A stretch of 64,000 bases of DNA from Chiloscyllium plagiosum. Taxonomy: Eukaryota. This document shows, in pieces, positions 1-12,500 of the stretch. The notes under the pieces are model-generated. The model was not told the DNA's origin. It did no database searches and saw only the letters and a list, made by a program, of their open reading frames with translations. The position numbers were made by a program, and so were the translations under genes. The stretch is from NCBI RefSeq assembly GCF_004010195.1, contig NC_057726.1, positions 62,246,850-62,310,849 on the forward strand. Direction: 5' to 3'. The first letter of the stretch is position 1. Each line of letters opens with the position of its first letter.

Positions 1-3000
1 AGACAGACGTTTCTGTGGCCAGCAGAGAAAAGGCAAAATGGTGTGTTGCTTCCCTGGTGCCAGGATCAAGGATGTCTCAGAGAGCGTGCAGAATGTTCTC
101 ACGAGAGAGAGGGGCCAGCAGGAGGTCATTATCCACACTGGAACCAACGACATTGGAAGGGAAAAGGTTGAGACTCTTGAAGGGAGATTACAGAGAGTTA
201 GGCAGAAATTTAAAAAGGAGGACATCAAGGGTAGTAATATTTGGATTACTCCCAGTGCTACAAGCTAGTGAGGGCAGGAATAGGAGGATAGAGCAGATGA
301 ATGCATAGCTGAAGAGCTGGTGCATGGGAGAAGGATTCACATTTTTGGATCATTGGAATCTCTTTTAGGGTAGAAGTGACCTGTACAAGAAGGACGGATT
401 ACATCTAAATTGGAAGGGGACTAACATACTGGCAGGGAAATTTGCTAGAACTGCTTGGGAGGATTTAAACTAGTCAGGTGAGGGGGTGGGACCTAGGGAG
501 ATAGTGAGGAAAGAGATCGATCTGAGACGGGTACAGCTGAGAACAGAAGTAGGTCAAACACTCAGGGCAGGCAGGGACAAGGAAGGACTAATAAATTAAA
601 CTGCATTTGTTTCCATGCTAGGGACCTTACAGGGAAGGCAGATGAACTCAGGGCTTGGTTAGGAACATGGGACTGGGATATCATAGCAATTACGGAAACA
701 TGGCTCAGGGATGGGCAGGACTGGCAACTTAATGTTCTAGGATACAAATGCTACAGGAAGGATAGAAAGGGAGGCAACAGAGGAGGGGGAGTGGCATTTT
801 TGATCAGGGATAGCATTACAGCTGTGCTGAGGGAGGATATTCCCGGAAATACATCCAGGAAAGTTATTTGGGTGGAACTGAGAAATAAGAAAGGGATGAT
901 CACCTGTTTGGGATTGTATTATAGAGCCCCAATACTCAGAGGGAAATTGAGAAACAAACTTGTAAGGAGATCTCAGCTATCTGTAAGAATAATAGGGTAG
1001 TTATGGTAGGGGATTTTAACATTCCAAACATCGATTGGGACTGCCATAGTGTTAAGGGTTTAGATGGAGAGGAATTTCTTAAGTGTGTACAAGACAATTT
1101 CCTGATTCAGTATGTGGATGTACCTACTAGAGAAGGTGCAAAACTTGACCTACTCTCGGGAAATAAGGCAGGGCAGATGACTGAGGTGTCAGTGGCTGAG
1201 CACTTTGGATCCAGCGACCATAATTCTATTAGATTTAAAATAGTTATGGAAAAGGATAGACCAGATCTAAAAGTTGAAGTTCTAAATTGGAGAAAGGCCA
1301 ATTTTGGAGGTATTACACAAGAACTTTCGAAATCTGATTGGAGGCAGATGTTTGAAGGTAAAGGGGTGGCTGGAAAATGGGAAGCCTTCAGAAATGAGAT
1401 AACAAGAATCCAGAGAAAGTATATTCCTGTCAGGCTGAAAGGGAAAGCTGGTCGGTATAGGAAATGCTGGATGACTAAAGAAATTGAGGGTTTGGTTAAG
1501 AAAACGAAGGAAGCATATGTCAGGTATAGACAGGATAGATCGAGTGAATCCTTAGAAGGGTAAAAAGGAAGGAGGAGTATACTTCAGCGGAAAATTAGGA
1601 GTGCAAAACGGGAACATGAGATAGGTTTGGCAAATAGAATTAAGGAGAATCCAAAGTGTTTTTACAAATATATTAAGGACAAAAGGGAAACTAGGAAGAG
1701 AATAGGTCCCCTCAAAGATCAGAAAGGCAGCCTTTGTGTGGAGCCACAGAAAATGGGGGAGATATTAAATGAATATTTTATATCAGTATTTACTGTGGAA
1801 AAGAATATGGAAGATATAGACTGTAGGGAAATAGATGGTGACATCTGTCCAGATTACAGAGGAGGAAGTGCTGGATGTCTTGAAACGGTTAAAAGTGAAT
1901 AAATCCCCAGTACCTGATCAATTGTACCCGAGAACTCTGTGGGAAGTAAGAGAAGTGATTGCTGGGCCTCTTGCTGAGATATTTGTATCATCGGTAGTCG
2001 CAGGTGAGGTACCGGAAGACTGGAGGTTGGCAAATGTGGTGCCACTGTTTAAGAAGGGCGGTAAAGACAAGCCAGGGAACTATAGACCAGTGAGCCTGAC
2101 CTCGGTGGTGGGCAAGTTGTTGGAGGGAATCCTGGGGGACAGGATATACACGTATTTGTAAAGGCAAGGACTGATTAGGGATAGTCAACATGGCTTTGTG
2201 TGTGGGAAATCATGTCTCATAAACTTGATTGAGTTATTTGAAGAAGTAACAAAGAGGATTGCTGAAGGCAGAGCAGTAGATGTGATCTACATGGACTTCA
2301 GTAATGTGTTCGACATGGGAGACTGATAAGCAAGGTTAGATGTCATGGAATATGGGGAGAACTAGCTATTCGGATACAGAACTGGCTCAAAGATAGAAGA
2401 CAGAGGGTGGTGGTGGAGAGTTGTTTTTCAGACTGGAGGCATGTGACTAGTGGAGTGCCACAAGGATCGGTGCTGGATCCTCTACTTTTTGTCATTTATA
2501 TAACTGATTTGGATGCGAGCATAACAGGTACAGTTAGTAAGTTTGCAGATGACACCAAAATTGGAGGTGTAGTGGACAGCGAAGAAGGTTACCTCAGATT
2601 ACAACAGGATCTTGGCCAGATGGGCCAATGGGCTGAGAAGTGGCAGGTGGAGTTTAATTCAGATAAATGCGATGTGCTGCATTTTTGGGAAAGCAAATCC
2701 TAGTAGGACTTATACAATCAATGGTAAGGTCCTAGGAATTGTTGCTGAATGACGAGACCTTGGAGTGCAGGTTCACAGCTCCTTGAAAGTGGAGTCACAA
2801 GTAGATAGGATAGTGAAGAAGGCGTTTGGTATGCTTTCCTTTATTGGTAAAAGTATTGAATACAGGAGTTGGGAGGTCGTGTTGCAGCTGTACAGGACAT
2901 TGGTTTGGCCACTATTGGAATATTGCGTGCAATTCTGTTCTCCTTCCTGTTGGAAAAATGTTGTGAAACTTGAAAGGGTTCAGAAATGATTTACAGATGT

Positions 3001-3464
3001 TGCCAGGGTTGGAAGATTTGAGTTTTAGGGAGAGACTGAACAGGCTCAGGCTGTTTTCCCTGGAACATCGGAGGCTAAGGGGTGACCTTATAAAAGTTTA
3101 CTAGGTTATGAGGGGCATGGATAGCGTAAATAGGTAAAATCTTTTCCCTGGGGTCGGGGTGTCCAAAACTAGAGGGCATAGATTCACGGTGAGAGGGGAA
3201 AGATATAAAAGAAACCAAAGGGGCAACTTTTTAACACAGTGGGAGATACGGGTATGGAATGAGCTTCCAGAGGAAGTGGTAGAGGTTGGTACAATTGCAA
3301 CATTTGAGAGGCATTTGGATGGTGGTATGAATAGGAAGGGTTTGGAGGGATATGGGCTGGGAGCTGCCAGGTGGGACTAGATTGGATTGTGATATCTAGA
3401 CAGCATGGACAGGTTGGACCAAAGGGTCTGTTTCTATGTTGTACATCTCTATGACTCTATGACT
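1..3464 (+). mobile_element. CR1-clade LINE (shark HER1-like), long but frameshifted: esterase-type ORF1 end, APE endonuclease, reverse transcriptase
   Basis: ORF1 CCFPGARIKDV..IHTGTNDI; APE VGDFNIPNIDW, LDLL, SDHN; RT PGNYRPVSLTS, GVPQGSVL, KFADDTKIG; 3' tail (ctctatga)n. Confidence 0.95.
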
Positions 3465-3469
3465 TTGCT

Positions 3470-4050
3470 TTGATATTGCAACGAGAGATTGCTATTGGAA
3501 AGTCTATTGTGAAGAAATAAAACACAGTACCATTTCTATAGAACTGTGCTCGTTCTATTCAATGCTTCATAGCTTGAAGAAAAAGAGATTGTGTTTTACT
3601 CTCTATCATAGTAACTTTGAAGTAACAACAGTTTAAAAAAGATGAAAAGATTACATGAGTCGGTTCGATTAATTCTTTACTTAAAGGGTAAAGGAACTCC
3701 AAACCGTAATCGCTGTTGGAAGCACAATATGTGAAGAATTATTAGAAATTCAAAATTGGAAACTGCACTAGTTGACGAAAGAGGATGGCTGAGATGATTT
3801 GAATGATTCTTTAAAAATGTCAGATCTCAGAATATATTTGATAGTTTATGATTCCACATGGATAGATGTGAGCTCGGTAACTGTGTAATATTTGCAAAAA
3901 AGACATTATTCCATAGACTGAACTGTCAACAATTCCATATCAATGGCATAAGCAAGACTGGCAATCACAAGACAATAAAACAACACAGAACTCTAATCAT
4001 TGACCTCGGATTATCACTCAGGATATGCTGATTTGTAGTAGGCAGTACGG
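3470..4050. repeat. Duplicated non-coding block, copy 1 (downstream of gene A)
   Basis: Colinear similarity with 31228-31825, e.g. ttctttaaaaatgtcaga, cacatggatag.tgtgagctcggt, gaagaattatt, tgatttgtagtagg. Confidence 0.75.
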
Positions 4051-5189
4051 CCTATAGACCAAACTTACATATTTGAGCATATGATTCATGCACAAGAATG
4101 TCCAGATCCCTTGGCGTTGCATTTTTTTGATGTTGTCCTCATTTGATAAATGCACTTCCCTCAAAAGATAAATGATCTCAAAATTTCTTACATTTAATTC
4201 AAAAGGCCAGATAGGTGCTCATGCATTTGACTAATCTAGATACTTTCTAAGATTCCATAAGTCCTATTGCAACAGATCCTCCCATCTATTTTTGTGGCAT
4301 CAGCAAATTTGGATGCATTACACTTCGCTCAATACCTGAAGAATCTTTAAAAATATTCTTCACTCCAGGTATATGGACATCATTGATTGAATCAGCATTC
4401 ATTGCCCAAAGGGAGTTGCCCTTGAAAAGGTACTGGGAAACTTCCTTCTTGAACTACTGTGGCCCATTTTAAGTTAAGTACACGTTGAAAGTATTTTCTT
4501 TTCAGTTTTGTGTTCCTTAATCCTGCGGAATAAAATGAGAAAGAATAGTTTTGAAACCCAGAGATTTACTAGCAAGTAAGGAATTTCAAGCCATGGGGTT
4601 GCTGACATGTGAAGCTGATTAGTTTGTGAACGAGAGACTATTCAATGACAACTGCCCTTCGCCTGCCGACCACAAGGGTATCGGCTGCCAGTCAGCACAT
4701 ACGCTTCGGCTGTGAGTCAGATCAAAAGAGAAACCAGCACAGCAGATGCAAACAGAAACTTGGTCTCTCTATTCTCTGCACTAGATCTCTTTAATCCAAA
4801 AGAAACCGAGGCTGACTTTCCTTCAGAAGATGCTACAATTTGTGATGTTTAATTGTCGAGGATGAGTGACTCAACAGGTCACTTTAATACAGGGAGACAT
4901 TCAAGTGAGGGAAGGAAGTAAAAATGTAGTACAAATAGGGCACAATATGATTAGGGGAATAGAAACAGTTCTCTGCACCAAGAGGAAGAGACCCAAAGAC
5001 TGTGCTGCATATCCGATGGAAAGGTTAAAGATATCTCATCTGGAGTGGAACAAAACTTGCAGAGGGACGGGAAGGATCCAGGTGCTGATATTTATGCTGG
5101 AAGCAGTGACACTGATAGGACAAGAAAGAATGCTTTTTCTGAAATATTTTGAATAGTTAGAAGCTAGATTAGAAATCAGTACCTCAATG

Positions 5190-5790
5190 TAACAACACAG
5201 AACTGCAGATCCTGGAAACGGGACCTTGAGTGGTTGAACTCGATACTGAATCGGGAAGACTGCAGGTTCCCCAAGCTGAGAATGAAATGCCATTCTTCTA
5301 GCTTGCACAAGCTTTCACTGGATGTTGGCCTAAGAACACAATGGTGCATTGTAGTTGCAGGCAACACGGAGTTCAAGATCATTTTTTTGCAGATACAATG
5401 TAGGTGTTCTCTAAAGCGGTCCCCCAGTCTGAGCACGGTCACTTGGAAAGGCGACCACATTGTTAGCACTACCATCCACATTGAAAGGATTATAAGTCAC
5501 CACTTCGGTGAACTCCAGTCGGATGCTCCCGTCCCCTCAATTGTCAGCCAGCGGCACAGCCAGTTTCCAGTGGGAAACCTTGGCCTGCTCCTGCTCCAAT
5601 CCAAATGTCGCCCCAAATACCACGGTGCCTTCCCAGACAATCGCAGATGGTGTAACGCTGTTTCGTTTACTTCCTCCCTCCTCACTACCCAAGGCCCCAG
5701 GTACACATTCCAATTGAAGCAGCTATTTACCTGTACTTAATTCAAACTCATCTACTGTACTCGCTGCTCACCATGTCGAAGAATGAGGCA
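5190..5790. mobile_element. Penelope-like retroelement fragment (GIY-YIG region, two oppositely oriented pieces)
   Basis: Minus-strand RLGDRFREHL. Plus-strand QGPRYTFQLKQLFTCT followed by IYCTRCSPC-like sequence. Confidence 0.7.
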
Positions 5791-6049
5791 AATCAGTGGC
5801 ATACAGCAAAATCCCAGTCATTAATTCTTTGCCATGTTAATTCTTATGTCCACTCAAACTGAATTCACAGCTGGATAAATTTCATTTATGCTACCAGTCA
5901 CTATCACACTGATATTTGTCTTTATTAATACAACTATCGCACATCGTCCCGTTTTCTGTTTTGCCTATTCTTCCAGAACACTGAATACCTTTGAATATAG
6001 TTTTGCCAAAATTAGCCACTCTGCAAACATGTCCCTGTAATGGCTATCA

Positions 6050-6480
6050 ACTCACATTCAATTATTTCTATTTAAGGTGGCCTTTCAGCCTCCCAAACCT
6101 TTCAACGGCAGTATGGTTCGTCATCCTGTCTGCACGTACCCTGTCTAGTTCTGTTCGAATTTTATTAACTTCTGTAAAAGCCCTCCTTTCTTTCAAAGTA
6201 ATCCTTAGCGATTCAGTTTGTGCAGCTGTTCAAGTTTTGAGATCCCAGGAATTATTCTGGAAAAGCTTTGTTGAATTCCATCTTTTGCGAGATCATACAT
6301 TTTTATAAGCAGATACCAAAGCTGCACAGAATGTTCCTGGTTTGGTCTCACCAAGGCCCTGTACATTTGCGGTATATATCCCTGCAACTCCATTCTAATC
6401 TTTTAGCTTTGGAGGTCAACATGCAAAGTGCTTCTTCAACACCTGCTGCGAAGGCATGCTAACTGTAAACGACTGGTATA
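6050..6480 (-). mobile_element. Decayed CR1/L2-type LINE ORF2 3' fragment
   Basis: MYRALVRPNQEHSVQLW matches the LYxxLVRPxLEYxVQFW C-terminal motif of the other LINE copies. Confidence 0.65.
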
Positions 6481-7064
6481 TAACGTTATTCAGACCTCAG
6501 CCTCACACCCACCACTACTGCCATTCAACACATGCCCATAGCAACCAGCCCCACCTCCCCCAATTCCAAACGACCACCACCGCCGCACTTCCCACGCCAC
6601 CTGATTTCCTGGTTTCACTACCAAATGGTAACCTCATGTTTAACTCAAAGATAACCATTTCTGCAATCTCCTTACAGCTAACTCTCACATTAAGGCCATC
6701 TGCAAACATATGAAACATACATTGCGATGGCTTACGAATACATTAATACACATTGAGAATAGCCGAGGTCAAAGTTCTGGCCGCTATGCTATGAATCACT
6801 GAGCGACACTTGGAAAATGAAGCATGCATAGTCTCTCGATACTTCTTGTCTGCCAAACAGTTCGTTATTAAGGCCAAACCTCTTACTGACACATGTCATG
6901 ATGAAATTGTTGTATCAAGCCACTTTATTGCATGAAATGTTATACTTCAACTTAATTGAAATATTTCCAAACCAATTCGTACAGCAAATGCATTAATTAA
7001 GTTGAAACTTAATGTACAAAACGAACAGAGGCATGGTATTGAAAAACGGAATCTGTGTTCATGT

Positions 7065-7390
7065 TTGTAGCCTCATTGCCAGGGATCCAGTTTCGAATCC
7101 ACTCTCGGGCGACTGTCTTTTATATGCAGTTTGCACAATTTCCCCGAGTTTGCGTGGGTTTCCTCCGGGTGCACCGGTTTCCTGCCACGGTCCAGAGATC
7201 TGCAGGTTAGGTGAATTACCATGCTAACTTGCCCACAGTGTTCAGGAATGTCTAGATTAGGTGCATTAGTCATGGGAAATATAGAGTAATAGGGTAGGGA
7301 AATGGGTCTGGGTGGAATATTTTTCAGAGGGTCAGTGTGGACGCGTTGGGCCGAATGGATTGCTTCCACATTGTAGGGATTCTATGATTC
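7065..7390 (+). mobile_element. HE1-type tRNA-derived SINE, 5'-eroded
   Basis: B-box-like gtttcgaatcc, body tgcgtgggtttcctccgggtgc, 3' end shared with the CR1 tail. Confidence 0.8.
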
Positions 7391-9416
7391 TAAAATTGGG
7401 ACTCACACTAAGTAATGAAACACTGAGTACAAAATTTCCCCTTTGGTATTTTTCCCTTGCAATTGAGCTATTCAGGATTAAAAACTTACAATCGAAGCAT
7501 TATTTATGACAGACACAAATGCCGAGGCTACCCTACGAAATGTCCAAGGGGAACAATTTCCATATTTGGGCAGGCTCCCTCCTATGAAACCAGAGCCAAT
7601 GCTGACATACAGTGATAGGGACAGGGAGGTAGAAATTGCTGAGGGACTTTTGAGCAATGGGTTATGTTGACACTGTCCCGTGAAACATCCTGACACATTT
7701 CCTTTGCCTTTCAGTACAAAAGTGCAGGTGTCAATTAATTTTATTCGTACCTGTGAGATAAGGACGACATATGGGTCAATGGCTTCATTGTTGCCAGGCG
7801 TTAGGAGGGTTTAGTCATGGGTATCTATGTGATATGCTTTCTCTGATAAAGACCTCATATTAGAAGATTCCTACAGCCCCCTGCTGCACAAGTGGAGACA
7901 CTCATTCTCTATATTCTTTGTCATTGTGATTCACATTGTCCAGCTCAGAATTCCAGCAAGATCGAAGAAAACAGTAGTACCTTGGAATATGAGGTGATCA
8001 TACCAGGCATGGTCTTACACTTACCCTCCTCCTTGCCACAGTTACCGTTACGACAGATGAACCATGTTTCTCCCTTACTCCTTTTCTAACTGTCCTTTTA
8101 CATGACGTGGTCATTCAAACATAGTTGCTGCAACCCTTTCACAATTGTCAGTCCACCTTCCCCCACTTAGCCTGAAGCATCCAGACTGCACGATCAGATT
8201 GCCATGACTCCTTCAAGTGACAACAGTCTCCCTGCGTTAGTCCCAGGTGAACATAGAAACCAATCTTGACTACTCGACCCTTCAGCTATGATCGACCATT
8301 GAATAAGATCATGGCCGATCAAATTTTAACCTCGATTTTTCATTCCCTAGGTCATCAACAATCTAACAATTTCTGCTTTAAATTATTTTAAGATTCTATA
8401 TCCACTGCTTTTTGAGCAAAGGGACCCCCACTCCTAAGAACATAAGAATATAAGAGCCACAAGCAGGTAAAACCAATGCCATCCCTCCATTCAGCTCCGC
8501 AATTCGACACAAACATGATTGATTTCCTCTCGTCCTCAACTCCATTTTCCTGCCCGCTCTCTATTACTCATTCATCCTCTGAGACATTTTCATTTCTCAT
8601 CCCATTTTCCGTTTAGTTTCCGTGAATGTACCTAATAGGACAGCTCTGGGCAAGCTGTGGCCAGATTCTTCACTCGTGACTATCAATCTGCCGAGTAGTT
8701 TTAATCCCACCCATGGACTAATCTCCGTGAAGCAACAGGACTGGCGATATTCCAGTCCTTAGACTGCAGACTCTGACCAAGACCAACCTGATCAGGGACC
8801 TCACTTTCCTTGTCCTTTAGAATTGTATTAGAGATTGCTCTTCACTTCGTGTTTCAAGACATCCTGAATGCTTAGTACTACCAAGGTTTTGAGACATGGT
8901 TGCCTGCTGGCTACACATGATGTGCCTTTGACTCATACTGTTGGCACTGATTGTAGGGTTAGACTGATAGAGCACATTGCCTACATCAGGTTCAATGTCC
9001 TATTGAAAAAGAATTGCTCATCTGCAAGACAAAGTTGCACGGCTTTGAGACTTCACTAATAGCAGGGCAAAGCATAGATTCTGAGATGATGCAAGAGGTC
9101 AGTAATTGAATGCACGAGAATTGAGCAAGCGAGGCAGCATTCCATGTACTCAAAGTATCTTTCCACCCGACTTTCAACACAGGTCATTGGTGCTCTTGAC
9201 AACAACTAAGTAAAATTAATCTGGTATTAGAGTACAAGTACTAACTATTGCTATCTGATATATCGCTGGAATGCTTATCCACGGAGAAGTGAAATTTAAC
9301 ACGCCTGAAGTTCAAATCTGCAAAACATGCAATCAAAACACGTCCAAACATCTTCTGCGTCTAATTTGTTACGGCTTGCTATTTCTTGCTGGTGCATAGT
9401 TATCTTCTGTTCCTTT

Positions 9417-9545
9417 TCATCTTCCAGTCTGCAGCGCTGCATACTCTATGCCTTCTTTGGGATGATGGTACTTCTCCGGTTTCATTGCACTATTCAACTT
9501 TAGAGCAGTATATGTCACCTTATTAGCGACAGCGTCTTGTCCGAC
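9417..9545 (-). CDS. Gene A exon 7, terminal cytoplasmic exon with ITIMs VTYTAL and IEYAAL
   Basis: Acceptor gcctttacag. Reads VGQDAVANKVTYTALKLNSAMKPEKYHHPKEGIEYAALQTGR, TGA at 9419-9417. Confidence 0.85.
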   Translation of the reverse strand, partial: VGQDAVANKVTYTALKLNSAMKPEKYHHPKEGIEYAALQTGR

Positions 9546-12500
9546 CTGTAAAGGCAGCATTTAGAAATATTGTTGGAATAATATGGAACAGGATGTCCTC
9601 AAAGTGGTCATCAGAAGGACATGGAACTGACTTTCTGTATCTCACATGGTCAATGTGAACTGAGGCAAAAGCCTTCACTGACATCCTGAATCTCGATTTC
9701 ATCCTAATAATGTAAATTCTCCCTTGGTTATTCAGTCTTACCTCGGCGTATGTGCTTCTCTCTACTTCAAATATACGTCTTGGAGTCCTCTTGCCTCTGT
9801 TGAATTCTACCGCAGTGTATTGCACACCCTCCGACGGCGCTTCCTGCCAGGGACAGATGCAAAATATTTCATTAAGTCCCTATTTCATGATTTTAACAAT
9901 TCGTTCACCAAGCAGGGAACAAATGTACCCTTGGCACGACATCACTTGCAGAATCCACGTTTCAGATATATTCACGACATTACAAACATTAATGCATTGT
10001 GGGCAATTTTACAAGCTAAACTTTTCTTGACATGCATTTCGTAACACAATGTTTCAATGTCAAAAAGTGTCGGCATTGGAGAGGATTTATTTTCAATCGA
10101 AATAATGACTGAAAGTGTAAAGTGCTATTAGCTAGAAACATTCTCATAAATATGACCAGATTTTAAAAATACAATTAACATTATTTATCAAAAAGGCCAT
10201 TGCACCAACTGCATTTCAAACGTCGTTGAGTGAGCATATACTTCATTAAATAACCTTAAAGCGTTCTGAGGTGATTAGCATATTTCTGCCATCATTGCAT
10301 GCGTCCCGGGCATTGCAAACCCCTGTGGTGATGAAGGAATGAACTCATTACCTTGTCACGACGATCCGGTTGCCTTGTGCATTCTCCTTCATCTGCATAC
10401 CAATGAAATATAATTACACTATGAGATGGAATTATTAACTCAGTTTTCGTGTGGAAAATGAAGCGTTACATTTCTGAATCACAGCGATTGAAAAAGACTG
10501 TCAATGTTCAGTTGCTACACAACAATAATGAAGAAGGGAGAATATGACATGGTCAACATCAGTTTCTAGTCCTCCCGTTCTTTAAGGAAGAATCATTGCT
10601 AGGAAGAAGAATCACATTGCCAGCTTCATTTCTGGCAGGGTACAATTCATTAGTTATGTTCAAAAGTGACGTTTTTCTTTGGAAACTAATACTCCTGAGA
10701 AATATTAACATTCTAATGAATTGCACCCTGCCAGAAATGAAGCTGTTAATGTTCAAAAGTGACGTTTTTCCTTCGAAACTAATATTCCTGAGAATTATTA
10801 ACATACTGATCACAAAATTATAACTATTTCTGCGTTATGAAATGGGTCTGAAACAATCTGAACTCGCTTAGAAAGTAATCATTTGCGTTTTCACCTTTAA
10901 ATCATTTGGCTTTCTCCCGAACATGCTAATTCCCCTTCATCCCCTTTATTGTCCTCAGACTTCAACTGGATCGAAAATCAAGAGTTGACAGTATTTCTTA
11001 CTTCTGTTAGATCGAAGCCCATATCGCTTTACAATTATGGTCACAAGCACGAGAAACGAAAATCCAACTGCCGCACAAATTGGAGTCCAGAAAATGAGTG
11101 AACTGTTGATACTGTCTGCAAAATTAAGAGGACATTAATTGCTGGTGGTGCTTGGATAGGAACTATTAAGAACTGCAAGAACCGCATTATTGAAGGGCAG
11201 TGAAAAAATAGAAGTGCCAAATATTCTTTCAGTTGAATGTCGAAGTCACTTCCATTTCCAATAGATGGCAAATTCGGAATCAGTTTCTGGAATGGATTGT
11301 TGGTTTGTACATCACAAAGGACTGTTTGCAAAGGTCGGGACACAAAACTGGGTGATTATCCTTGGACTAAAATACTGTTCTTCTGGACTTTGTTACGGAT
11401 TAACACACGTTTTCTTGAAATTAGAGTCATGATTTCACAAGCATTTTCATCGCTGGTCACATCAAATTCTGAAATGGGGTGATCGGATTACGAACCTTTT
11501 GCAAGTAAGTGAACTGTCTTTTTGATATTCATTGTATAACAAAAGACATCTACAAGCTTTGTCAATTGTCGTTTTAAGACAGGACAATATATTGTCAAAG
11601 TTAATGCATCAACTTTGCGCACCATAGACAAGTCTCGTCCTCACATAAGCTTTGTGTTAAGCGTGAGCGCGATCCCGATTGAACGTGCCCTGGGTGGTTG
11701 AGAGATAATACAGTACTTGATAAGGGATGTCTTAGAATTCTGCCTGGACACAACCAACGGGGAATGCAGGTTGGGCGAAACCAAACAAAACAAAGACCTC
11801 CCTTTGTATCGGGAAAGTAGGCAGTCGTCAGGAATGAAGCATTTTTACACGTAAGCAAAACTAGTGAATGAGATGAAGGCAGAAATGGATTGAACAGCTC
11901 ACGTCTAAACATTATTACTACGACATAAATAAAGGAATTAGAATGTAAATAAGGTTTTGTTGCTTTCAACACAAATGACAACTTAATAGAAGGAATTAAA
12001 ATATGGCATTTCCCACGAAAACACTGCAGATTAGCTCCATAATATGCATACATTATGTGATGCATTTCGTTACATACTATAACAATAGTTAACTCACCTT
12101 GTTGGTCTCCAGAAAGTGTGAAAATAGTGTGGACGACGACAGCAGGAGTCTTTAGGGAGACGTGAGATACCGAACAGGTATACATGGTATTACTCGAAGG
12201 AGGTCGAGACACAGCCAAAGAACTGGATACTTCATACAACCCCTCGCTGTTCTGCACTTTATTAGTATTTATTCCGACTGTAGTTTCGGAGTCGTTTATA
12301 TACCAGGCGAGAGTGAAATCCTCCGGATAAAATGGAACTGTTTCACACAGAAGGGTCAAAGAAACTGGTGAGTTTTCTTTATTTAACCTGGACGTAATTT
12401 TCAGTGGTACTGGGGAAACTGCATGAAAAGAATTGAAAAAGCCATGTTATTGGAAAACCGGAAAATGTTAAATTTGAGCATGCTTTTCAACCACTCTGTT

